The notes under the pieces are model-generated. The model ran no database searches and was not told the origin of the DNA. It was given only the letters and a program-made list of their open reading frames with translations. This document shows, piece after piece, positions 42,847 to 57,017 of a stretch of DNA of 64,000 bases. Each line of letters begins with the position of its first letter. Position 1 is the first letter of the stretch. Both the position numbers and the translations under genes were made by a program. Origin of the DNA: Octopus vulgaris (lineage: Eukaryota); NCBI GenBank assembly GCA_951406725.2, contig OX597837.1:40672001-40736000 (forward strand), given 5' to 3'.

Positions 42847-42908
42847 CTTGCACTGACGATTAAAAAGTGTATTTTGTGCACTAATCTTAAAATCGTATGA
42901 TCTACGGG
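42847..42908 (+). ncRNA. Degenerate hammerhead (G12A)
   Basis: CUUGCA-CUGACGA-U..AGUGUA UUUG UGCACU..U-AAA-AUCGUAUGAU-C-UACGGG. Confidence 0.45.
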
Positions 42909-43164
42909 TGAATCTATTTTTAAAAGGCTCGCTTCGAGAGTTTCTTTCCCTCGAGTTCGGTATAATGTGTTTATTTTCTTTCAGTTTCTGTCTACCAAAT
43001 CCACTCACAAGGCTTTAGTAGATTCTGTAGTAAAAGGGACTTGCCCAAGGTGCCACGCAGTGGTTGATAAGCAAGCTACTTACCACACAGCCATGCCTGC
43101 GCCTACTTAAATGAAAATGTATATTTTTTATTTTATTTTAAAATTCAAAACAACACCACTTAAG

Positions 43165-43223
43165 TAATAAACCGCGATATGTGAAGCGCGATAGGTAAAC
43201 CGCGATATGGCGAGGGATTACTG
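43165..43223 (+). mobile_element. Tigger/pogo-type MITE right end
   Basis: Repeated AAACCGCGATATG motifs ending in GCGAGGGATTACTG (TIR CAGTAATCCCTCG). Confidence 0.5.
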
Positions 43224-43361
43224 CAACTGATATCGACCTTATGTCTCTGTAAAGGGACATAACTCAAAAACCGTTTGCTACGATATTCTACGATCTCCGT
43301 TCTGGAATCTCACTGACTCTGTCTCTCTTTGTATCTCCATTCACATTATCTCTGCCCCTCA

Positions 43362-43570
43362 AGGCGGCGAGCTGGCAGAATGGTTAGCACGACGTTTGAA
43401 ATGCTTAACAGTATTTCGTCTGCAGTTACGTTCTGAGTTCAAATTCCTCCGAGGTCGACTTTGCCTTTTATCCTTTAAGAGGCGATAAATTAAGTCCCAG
43501 CTGTGTTCTGGGGTCGATCTAATCGACTGGCCCTCTCCCCCAAAATTTCGGGCCTTGTGCCTAGAGTATA
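43362..43570 (+). mobile_element. Meta/MESC-domain SINE, near full length
   Basis: AGGCGGCGAGCTGGCAGAA head, GAGTTCAAATTCC B-box and GAGGTCGACTTTGCCTTTTATCCTTT central domain. Confidence 0.85.
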
Positions 43571-44630
43571 ACAAATTATCTCTGCCTCTCACGTTTATTA
43601 ATCTTGTCCCTCACTCACACATTCAGAGTATCTCTCTCACTCACTCACTCACTCATTCACTCACAATACCACTGTATCTCACTCACACCGACTCACTCTC
43701 TCGCTCTCTCTATTTCCCTTTCTTTCTCTATTTCTCTCTCTCCCCCCTGTCTTTATCTTTCCTTCTCACTCACACCGAATCTTTCTCTTATATTGTCACA
43801 GTTTCTCGCTGATGTCTCTATCTCGCACCCATGCTGTCGCTGTGCGTGAGTAAACGTGTGTAGTTGAAAGAGACAGACAAAGAGAGAGAGGCAGACAGGC
43901 AGACAAACGGAGACTTGATATACATGTGTGTGTGTGTGTGTGCGTGTGTGCGTGTCTATCTGTGTGAGTGTGTGTGGCATGGCGCGTTTGTGTGTTAGAG
44001 TACGTTTGTAATTCCGTGACAGTGTGTTACTCTCGTAGCCACTAGAACCGAAAGAAAATTTTCCAAATTTCAAACTTAACCTCATGATAAACTAGAAAGC
44101 CATGAAGTAAATTATATGCGTGTGTCTGTGTGTGTGTCTGTGTGTGTCTGTATGTGTGTGTGTGTGTGTGTGTGTGTTTGCGCGCGATTTACGTCATAAG
44201 TTATGAACTAACAATGAAATCTGAAAATTTTTCTCTTTTCAGTTTTAGAGTCTTGGAGTACGTTTCCAACGAAATACAAAAGCACTCTAACACCTAAATG
44301 TACACTAACACACAAATACACAAGCACATACACATACACACACACACACAAACACAAGCACGTACACAGACACACACATGGATACCAATGTGTTCTGTGC
44401 AAATCTTTTCTGTCTCTCACTTGTTTCAGTCGTTAGACTGCGGCGGCCATGCTGGGGCACAGTGTTGAAGTTTTAGTTGAAGGAATCAACGCCAGGTACT
44501 TAATATTTTTGTTTCTTTTTCCGAATCGTTAAATAACAGGAACGTGAACATACGAACATCGGCTGTCAAGTGATGGGATGAGGACAAACACGCACACACA
44601 CACACACACACATACACTACACACACACAC

Positions 44631-44691
<61 letters not shown>

Positions 44692-44778
44692 CATAAGTAA
44701 GGATAAGATCGATATTTAAAATACCGATCTTATTAGGTGGCCAGTATGGGAATAAAAAACCTTTCAAAGGTAATAATA

Positions 44779-45057
44779 ATTTAAAATTATAATATAGGGT
44801 ATCTAAGAGATACCACCACGCTGGAAATAGCAGTCAAAACTTGAGTCTAAAACCTCATTTAATGTTCATACAGCACCAGGAGAGAAGACAAAGAGACAAA
44901 ATAAACGAGCAAAAAATCTGATGAAGGCAAAGCCAGAAATCCGGGATCTGGAATTATCCAGTAATTTTTGCTAGTTTATTTGGTTTTAGAGTCAAGGTTT
45001 GACTGCTACTTCCAGCGTGGTGGTATCTCTTAGATACTCTAAATTATAATTTTAAAT
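44779..45057. mobile_element. Fold-back element with arms of about 75 bp and a hammerhead-like core in the loop (44918-44948)
   Basis: GTATCTAAGAGATACCACCACGCTGGAA is mirrored exactly at about 45011-45038. The loop contains CUGAUGA-A-GGC AAA GCC-A-GAA-AUCCGGGAU-C. Helix I is not evident. Confidence 0.75.
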
Positions 45058-45068
45058 GTCTATCTATG

Positions 45069-45220
<152 letters not shown>

Positions 45221-45280
45221 CAAACAGACAGACAGATAGGTAGACAGACAGACAGATAGACAAACAGACAAATAGATAGA

Positions 45281-46284
<1,004 letters not shown>

Positions 46285-46710
46285 GAAGACGGATGTACTT
46301 ATATTAAACATGTATGAAGAATGTTTCTTCGTGTACTTGTATCAATATGAATGTGTCTCTGATGTGTCTCAATTCTGTGATTCTGCGTTAATGAAACCAG
46401 ATGAAGATAGAATGCGATGACATAACAAAAAATACAGATAGACGTGTGGCGTCTCTCTCATCTACTGCCTCTCTCTCTCTCTCTTTCTATTGCCTCTCTC
46501 TCTCTCCCTCTCTCTCTCTCTCGTTCCTATATACGTGTGTATACATCTCTATCTGCTCAGCTGTGCATTTCTATTCCACAACAGACTTCTAACAGCGATT
46601 GTTCCAGCAACTGTTATATAAAACTTGTCTATGACATCATCTGTGACATCAAACATAAAAGACGCCTTGTTTGTATGCGGCGCCGCTCTCACTCCCCACG
46701 CTCTCTCACT

Positions 46711-46788
<78 letters not shown>

Positions 46789-46850
46789 GCACGCACGCGC
46801 GCACACACACACACACACACATACAGATACACACACACACACGCACGCAC

Positions 46851-46886
<36 letters not shown>

Positions 46887-46911
46887 GCACACACACACAC
46901 ACGCACGCACG

Positions 46912-46945
<34 letters not shown>

Positions 46946-46967
46946 TACAGATACACACACACACACG

Positions 46968-47018
<51 letters not shown>

Positions 47019-47289
47019 GAACGCACGCACGCACGCACACACACACATACAGATACACACACACACACACACACACACATACATATATTACTCATACACA
47101 CAGAGGTTATTTTTTTCAGTTTCTCTCAGAAAGGTATATACAACCTTTCACCGTTTCTCTCTCTTTCTCTCTCTCTCTCTCTCATTTTACACATTCTCTT
47201 TCATTCGCACACGAATACAGACCGTTTTTCTCTCTCATTTTCTTTCTCTTACTCTCTCTTTCTCTCTCTCTTTCTCTATCTCTCTCTCC

Positions 47290-47322
<33 letters not shown>

Positions 47323-47475
47323 CCTCTCTCTCTCCCTCTCTCTCTTTCTTTCACACACATACACACACACACGTACACACACCTTGATTAGCAAACTTAT
47401 GTTCCTCTACTTTTTATTCTGCAATATGAAACTTCATTATCAAACATACTTTTTCATACTTATATCTAATATACA

Positions 47476-47549
<74 letters not shown>

Positions 47550-47655
47550 TACGTACACACATACATATATCTGTATATATACATATATGCATATATAAAT
47601 ATACATATACATATTTATGTGAATATATATAGGTATATATATATATATATACATA

Positions 47656-47705
<50 letters not shown>

Positions 47706-47741
47706 TATATATGTAGATATTTATCTATATATGTATGTATG

Positions 47742-47786
<45 letters not shown>

Positions 47787-47793
47787 CACACAC

Positions 47794-47951
<158 letters not shown>

Positions 47952-48304
47952 CAGACAGATAGATAGATAGCTTCTTTTGTTAACGAAGAAAATGCACATT
48001 TGGAAATTATGCAAAAATACGTTTGTTTAAAGCATACAGAAATAAAAGTTTATTAAAATACAGTTAACATTTGCCTCCTCATACACAAAGAAAAAATTAC
48101 ATTGGAACAAAACTATATATAACGCTATAAAGAAATATGCACGCGCTGTGTGCGTGTGTGTGCGCATGCGCATGTGTGTGTGTTTATGAGAATCAATTCC
48201 AGGAAATTATCTACAATGCAATCAAAAGTGCGTATATATATATATACACACACAATGTATTTTATACAAGTAAAATAAGAATCACGTGTTTATGTGTATC
48301 ATAC

Positions 48305-48359
<55 letters not shown>

Positions 48360-48504
48360 TACACACGCACATACATATGCATATATATGTGTGTACGTAT
48401 ATATATATATATATAATTATATAATAAATATATATACACAAATACACGCAGACACATATATAATATATATATATGTATATATATGTATATATATATATAT
48501 ATAT

Positions 48505-48800
48505 TATATTATATTGAGGGTACTACTATTCGTAGATACCAACACGCTAAGAGGGACCAATGCGGTCAAAACTACTAAAAATAAACAAAATTTTACCGAA
48601 TGCAAAACTTCAAAACACATCATTTTAAAAAAGAATTCAGTTACATATCACATGTGATATGTAACTGAATTCTTTTTTAAAATGATGTGTTTTGAAGTTT
48701 TGCATTCGGTAAAATTTTGTTTATTTTTAGTAGTTTTGACCGCTTTGGTCCCTCTTAGCGTGTTGGTATCTATGAATAGTAGTACCCTCAATATAATATA
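48505..48800. repeat. 296 bp spacer-less palindrome with 2 mismatched pairs
   Basis: Centre CATATCACA|TGTGATATG at 48652/48653, with 148 bp arms. Confidence 0.95.
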
Positions 48801-48908
48801 AATGAATATTTTCAAAGAGGAAGAATTTACGGATTTTTTCTCTTACGAGGTTTTTCACGCTGACTACTGATAATTTCTTTTAAAGATTTTATCCTCAATT
48901 GTTAATTT

Positions 48909-49046
<138 letters not shown>

Positions 49047-49079
49047 ATATATATGTATATGTGTGTGTGTATATGTGTG

Positions 49080-49628
<549 letters not shown>

Positions 49629-49658
49629 CAAAATAAACAACAAGTATATCCAAAGTAG

Positions 49659-49746
49659 TGTAGTACAATTGTTTCATGCTACTTCATTTTATTAAACAAT
49701 GTAAGTATTACATCAGTTTTAAAATGTAGACCAATCTTCAGCCACA
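49659..49746 (-). ncRNA. Type I hammerhead with intact core and a helix II of about 60 nt
   Basis: UGUGG-CUGAAGA-U-[CUAC/GUAG, AUUUUA/UAAAAU, AAAC/GUUU, AUGUAA/UUACAU]-U-GAA-ACAAUUGU-A-CUACA. Confidence 0.75.
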
Positions 49747-49811
49747 TATAAAAATTTCTAATTAAATAGACAATGTATATTTTTATACTTATTCTATTTT
49801 ATACTTATTCC

Positions 49812-49860
<49 letters not shown>

Positions 49861-50113
49861 TATGTGTCTATGTATGCATGCATGTATGTGATGTATATGT
49901 ATATAATATGCAAGCAGAAACGTCCCCCTCTCAGAGTATACCTGGAAGAGTGAGTCATGCCTCGCTTGCAGAAAACTGGTGTGATATACATATCTGCCAT
50001 TATATGTAAAACTTGAAATGAAATATTTTAAAGTAATCTTTATGTGACGACTAAATAAATGTAACACAATATTAAAAATTTCTCTAATATACTGAAAGTA
50101 TTCCGAGAAAAAC

Positions 50114-50172
50114 TTGGCGTTCACCTATTTTGAATAGAGGCAGTTGAGAATATGATATATATGATATATATA

Positions 50173-50242
<70 letters not shown>

Positions 50243-50277
50243 CTCAACTGCCTCTATTTAAAGTAGGTGAACGCCAA
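50114..50277. repeat. 38 bp inverted repeat with (TA)n as the loop
   Basis: TTGGCGTTCACCTATTTTGAATAGAGGCAGTTGAGAAT versus ATTCTCAACTGCCTCTATTTAAAGTAGGTGAACGCCAA, with 2 mismatches. Confidence 0.9.
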
Positions 50278-50995
50278 TTATGTATATATATCTATATATA
50301 TATACATACAAAGAGAGAAAGGGAGAGAAAAAGAGAGGGTGGTTTTAGAAAGAGGTGGAAAATGTAGTCGTGGCTTTGGTAGTGATGGTGGCTATGGTCG
50401 TAGTAGTGGTGGTTCTGGTGGTGGTGGTCGTAGGAAGAGGTGGAAAATGTAGTTATTCATGGAGGGTGGTCACTTGCCGATTGTTACCTTTGCTTACAAA
50501 AAAAACCCCGAAATAATGAAAAGCACAATTGACTTCGGTCGTTGCTGGTGGTAGACATATCATCTAACAACAGTACACCAGTCGTTGCTGATATACTGAT
50601 AAAAAAGTAACAAAGGCATTATTCAGGTTTAGGGTTCCGGGGCCTGGAAACGAAATGAAAAATATTTCGAGAGAGAAGCATTTAAACTTAAGAGTACATA
50701 AGCTGAAAAGTTTTTGCTGTAGATTTTACTAATTTCGCAAGATTTTAGGTACACATAGGCAGGAGATATTCTTAACTTTAATATTTTATAACTTTTGGCA
50801 AATACAAAAAAAAAAAAAATAAAAGAAACGAAACGAAACGAAAAAACTCTTTCAACGGAAAATTCATAAACAAAGCATTATAATGTATTTAATGTTATTT
50901 TTTTTATTTATATAATTATTGTTGTTTTTATTTCTATAAGTAATCTACTCTTTTTTTATATCGTATATTTGTTGTTGCCGCTATTTAATTGTTCG

Positions 50996-51029
<34 letters not shown>

Positions 51030-51252
51030 GATGATGATGTTTTCTTATTATTTCTATTGTTATTATCAAAATCATCATCATCATCATTATCACCATCATC
51101 ATCATCAACGTCATCATCACCATCATCATTATCATCATCATCATCATTACCATCACCATCATCGTCATCGTCATCAACATCATCACCACCATCAATATTA
51201 GTCATCCTTTGAAGACATCAAGAGTTTTTTCTCAAGAATTATTAATAAGTCG

Positions 51253-51284
<32 letters not shown>

Positions 51285-51310
51285 GCCATTATTATTATTA
51301 TTATTATTAT

Positions 51311-51341
<31 letters not shown>

Positions 51342-51569
51342 TGTTGTTGTTGTTGTAGTACAATTGTTGTTTTGCGGTTGTTGTTTAAGTTGTTATTCAT
51401 GACTTTTTTTTGCTATTGTTGTAGAAATAGCATATACAAGACGGGCAGCAGTAGCCGCAGCAGCAGCAGTAGTAGTAGTAGTAGTAGTGTTGGCTGGTGT
51501 GTTGCTGATAGTGGTGGTGGCGGTGGTAGTATTTAACTTTTTATTTCTATTTCCCACCTTTTCCTACCT

Positions 51570-53208
51570 CCACTACCACCACCACCACCACTACTATTAC
51601 CATCAGCACCACTATCAGCACCATCACCACTACTACTACCACTGCCGAGTCAACTGACAACGTTACATGACCACACCACCACCGATGCCACCACCACAAC
51701 CAACAACACCCACACGGTCACAACAACCAATATCACCACCACTACCACCAACAACAACACTACCACCATAACCACTAAAACCACCACTACCACAACCACC
51801 ACAACCACCACCGCCACCACTACCACCACAACCACAACCACCACAACCACTAACGTCACAACCACCACCACCAACAACAACACTATCATAACCACTACCA
51901 CCACAACCACCACCACAATCACCACCACTACCACAACTACCATCACCGCTACCACCAACAACAACACTACCACCATAACCACTAAAACCACCACTACCAC
52001 AACCACCACAACCACCACCGCCACCACTACCACCACAACCACAACCACCACAACCACTAACGTCACAACCACCACCACCAACAACAACACTATCATCAAC
52101 CACTACCACCACAACCACCACCACAATCACCACCACTACCACAACTACCACCACCGCTACCACCAACAACAACACTACCACCATAACCACTAAAACCACC
52201 ACTACCACAACCACCACAACCACCACCGCCACCACTACCACCACAACCACAACCACCACAACCACTAACGTCACAACCACCACCACCAACAACAACACTA
52301 TCATAACCACTACCACCACAATCACCACAACAATCACCACCACTACCACAACTACCACCACCGCTACCACCAACAACAAAACTACCACCATCACTACCAC
52401 CACAACAACCACCACAACTACTTCCATCAACATCAGTAGCATCACAACCACCACTGCCTCTACTACCATCACCAAGAACAACAACAAGAACGCTACCATA
52501 ACCACTACCATCATCACAAACACCACCCAACCACCACCACAACCACCGCTACCACCACCACCAACAACAACAACAACAACAGCACCAATACCACTACCAC
52601 TACCATCTCTACCACCGACACTACTACCAACACCAACACCCCCAACTACCACCACCACTGCCTCTACCACCACTAGCACCACCCCCGGTGCCACCGCCGA
52701 CGACGCCGATCGAATCAAAACAACTCCACTGCCACTACCACCACCACCATTACTACTCCCACGAACAACAACAACACCATCACCACCACAATCACCACCA
52801 CCACTACCACCACCACCACCATCACCACTACCATCACCTCCACCACCAACAACACTACCACCAGAACCACCTACACCACCGCTACCACTACCACCATCAA
52901 CAACAACAACAATAACACCACTGCCACTACCACTAAAGAATAACACTAGCACCACCACCACTACCACCACCATTACTACTCCCACGAACAACAACAACAC
53001 CATCACCACCACAATCACCACCACCACTACCACCACCACCACCACCACTACCATCACCTCCACCACCAACAACACTACCACCAGAACCACCTCCACCACC
53101 GCTACCACTACCACCATCAACAACAACAACAATAACACCACTGCCACTACCACCGTACCACTAGCACCACCACCACTACCACCACCAACGACGCCGATCG
53201 AATCAAAA
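51570..53208. repeat. (ACC/ACA/ACT)n low-complexity array with a higher-order unit of about 207 bp (three copies) and a second duplication of about 215-235 bp
   Basis: Marker CTAACGTCAC at about 51850, 52057 and 52265. ATTACTACTCCCACGAAC and CCAGAACCACC each occur twice. CGACGCCGATCGAATCAAAA occurs twice. Confidence 0.9.
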
Positions 53209-53358
53209 GGCTATATTCTTCAACCGTTAGATAATACAATATTGTTCTTATAATTGGCCGACATCAAAGCTCTCCGGCACATAATTGGCGTGCAATACAA
53301 GAGTTGACAGTTTTTGTAGTTTTTTTTAAAGGCGAGGGGAGAGGTCGTGGAAGGACTC

Positions 53359-53431
<73 letters not shown>

Positions 53432-53735
53432 TGTGTGTGTGTGTTTTTACCTACTGCTTTTCACGGATGGTGGTGTTGATGGCGGCGGAATAAACACGAG
53501 CGATTCTTTGAACTAGAAAAACGTGTGTGTATGTGTGTATAGGTATGTGTTTGTTGCATGTGTGTATGTATGTATGTGTGTATGTATGTGGATGTGTGTG
53601 TGGATGTGTGCGTGTGTGTGGCAGGATATGGTGAGATAATTCCTTTACGCTAATGAACTTATAATGGGAGTTTTAATCAATATATATCTTTATTTATCTA
53701 TCAGTATATCTAAATACATCGATATCTATCTATCT

Positions 53736-53881
<146 letters not shown>

Positions 53882-54063
53882 GTATGTATATATATGCATG
53901 CATATATATATATATGTATATCCATATATATAGAGAGAGATAGATAGATAGATAGATAGATATAGATATATCCATCAATATCGATATTTATCTATTTAAA
54001 CTTTTGTCGCGTTCACGCTTTCTGTGTGTGTATACATATTATATGTATACATATAAATATACA

Positions 54064-54114
<51 letters not shown>

Positions 54115-54515
54115 TTATATATGCATATATATTTATGTACATGTGTGGGTGTATGTAGACGTATGCGTATAACTATATGCGTATGTATATAAATACATAT
54201 ATACTTGAACGTATATAAGTTTCTATATAATTAAGAATATATGCTTGCTCTTTTTGTTTGTTGGTTTGCTTGCTTGTCACTCTGTATGACTTTAATCATT
54301 TCGTCATATATGTTAATGAACAGTTTTTGTTATATATAAATCGATTTGAAAGTCGTTAGATTTTAAACACCCATATACGTAAGCAAAGACACCGACATTT
54401 AGGAATATGGAATTATTGATGTAGGTACGTATAAATACGAACTTGTTAGTAGTTCAAATATGCTTGTGGTACATTCGAAGCTGCAAGAAAGCCAACTCAC
54501 AACGTTCCCTAGCTA

Positions 54516-54563
54516 CTGTGTGGTATATACAATTCGGAGCGATTATCTCCTCCTCAGCTACAG
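54516..54563 (-). ncRNA. Degenerate hammerhead
   Basis: CUGUAG-CUGAGGA-GGAG AUAAUCG CUCC-GAA-UUGUAUAUACCA-CACAG. A15.1 and U16.1 are not intact. Confidence 0.45.
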
Positions 54564-54788
54564 AGACCGAAAAGTCAGACGCAGCGAATTGACATGAGCA
54601 GTATCTTCCTCTTATGGTATTCCCGTCACCTTTTAATGATTGGTTGTGCTATTTAGCGACTCACCATAAATAAAATATGGGATGAAAGCGCTAAACAGTG
54701 ACGTGTATAAATATAAAATTCTTAATTGTTTGAGCCATATTCGAGTCCATAAGAAAGGCATTCACTCTATTATGTCATGGAGAATATA

Positions 54789-54845
<57 letters not shown>

Positions 54846-55400
54846 TAAACAGTAAAAATAATTACAGACATGGACAAGAACATGAAACGCCACAGAGACG
54901 ACACAAGAACCACAGGACGGGACATTCGAAGCCCTCAGTCATCAGTCAATATATATATATATATATATATATATATGACGGGTTTCTTTCAGTTTCCGTC
55001 TACCAAATCCACTCACAAGGCTTTGGGTTGGCCCGAAGCTATATTAGAAGACACTTGCCCCCGGTGCCATGCAGTGGAACTGAACCGAGAACCATGTGGT
55101 TGGAAGCATGCTTCTTACCATACAGCCCGCCTGTGCCCGTCTTTGTTGCCGTACACATTCGCTAGCTTTCTTACAAAGCGGTATAATGCTCTTAGCTTAG
55201 ACTTTTTGGGGGGCATCCAGATCAAATCATCTCAAGTGTAACTGTTCGAAATGGTTGTGACTTCTGATACTTGACTGAGGAAAGAAAACCACGAATGACC
55301 CGTCTTTTTTCCCCGGTCCTCTAATTGTTGTTTCTCTTGTCCGCCTTTGTATCGCCTATCTGTCCGAATGTTTTATTGTCCTCTATTACGTTTTTGTTCC

Positions 55401-55494
<94 letters not shown>

Positions 55495-55518
55495 TACATA
55501 TATATATATATGTATATA

Positions 55519-55583
<65 letters not shown>

Positions 55584-56106
55584 GGGAGAAAGAGAAAGAG
55601 AAACCGACAGAAAGAGAGAGAAATAGATACATACATATCATATACTCACAAACATACATACATACACAGCTTTATCGCAACAGACCATCAGACAAAACTA
55701 TTTCTGCTTCTGTCAGCAAAAAGAACAAAAAAAAAAAAATACGTGGCTACGTTGTTCAGAAAAACGTCAAAGCGCCTATCGCCATAATCAGAATGGTCTG
55801 TAGTGGACCAACAACCAGAATGTATCTCTCTCTCACTTTGAAGGCAGGCATTAGTAATCCAAGTACAGGAAGTTTTAACGAAATATCTGATACGGAGAAT
55901 AGATAAATATGTTTGTAAATGCCCTTGATGTGAGAACCGATGTAGACACGATAGTATCAGTGTTAAAGAAGGTGACCCACACCGGAAGTTGCTCACCGAA
56001 AATAGCATCGCCATTGCATTTGTCTATCTACCGCTGATTCGTGATGTCATGGCCTAAAACGTTATACAACGTACAAATTAGTAAGGACATATATATATAC
56101 ATATAC

Positions 56107-56218
<112 letters not shown>

Positions 56219-56251
56219 CTATCTATCTATATATATATATATATAACACTT

Positions 56252-56441
56252 AGGAGTGGCTGTTTGGTAAGTAGCTTAGTTACAAACCACATGGTTCCGG
56301 GTTCAGTCCCACTGCGTGGCACCTTCGGCAAGTGTCATCTGGTATAGCCTAGGGCCGACCAAAGCGTTGTGAGTGAAACTGAAAGAAGCCCGTCGTATAT
56401 TCGTATATATGTATGTATATATATATATATATATATATACA

Positions 56442-56478
<37 letters not shown>

Positions 56479-56605
56479 GTCTGTCTTTGTCACCGCAACA
56501 TCGCTTGACAACCGATGTGTGTGTGTTTATGTCCCTATAAATTTGCGGTTCGGTAAAAGCAAGCGATAGAATAAGTACTAGTCTTGCAAAGAATAAGTCC
56601 TGGGG
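56252..56605 (+). mobile_element. SINE family A, interrupted at its 3' end by the palindromic element
   Basis: Head and tail match 63314. The match ends at AAGTCCTGGGG. Confidence 0.85.
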
Positions 56606-56698
56606 GAAAGACCGAAAGGCCAAATCGACGTTAGATAATAGAAAGCGTTTTGGCCGGTTTGCTAAAGATACTGCAAGCTTCCAGCAAAACTGTAGACC

Positions 56699-56954
56699 AG
56701 AGTAAAGATTGTTTGCCAACATAACATGGCAGTCCTGGTTTAGGACGAATGTTGCTGTAATTTAGCCCCAGGAGACATCGTCTCCAGCTGGCTATACTAC
56801 ACGATCTGTGTCCTTATATTTCCTTGTTCGAAAATATTAGGACACAGATCATGTCGTATAGCCAGCTGGAGACGATGTCTCCTGGAGCTAAATTACAGCA
56901 ACGTTGGTCCTAAACCAGGACTGCCATGTTATGTTGGCAAACAATCTTTACTCT
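56699..56954. repeat. Palindrome of about 256 bp (arms about 123 bp, about 6 mismatches, loop about 10 nt)
   Basis: AGAGTAAAGATTGTTTGCCAACATAACATGGCAGTCCTGGTTTAGGAC is mirrored exactly at the right end. Confidence 0.95.
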
Positions 56955-57017
56955 AGAGTACTGTTGCTGAATATCTCTAATTGAGAGATTTACAAATTGT
57001 AATTTTCCAAAAGTGTA

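Noticed and set aside
49945-49995. CTGGAAGA-GTGAG...CTCGC...GAAA hammerhead-like string
   Set aside because: There are extra bases in the core and before GAAA, and no NUH or helix I. It is too degenerate to call.
51570-53208. Mucin-like poly-Thr exon on the plus strand, or the 496 aa minus-strand ORF
   Set aside because: A 1 bp indel near 52096 shifts the repeat register, similar (ACC)n tracts occur elsewhere in the window, and I see no convincing splice context.
54915-54948. CTGATGA on the minus strand, and the related CTGAGGA at about 55275
   Set aside because: There is no GAAA with a properly placed helix II. These are probably PLE-like termini, but no hammerhead fold is supportable.
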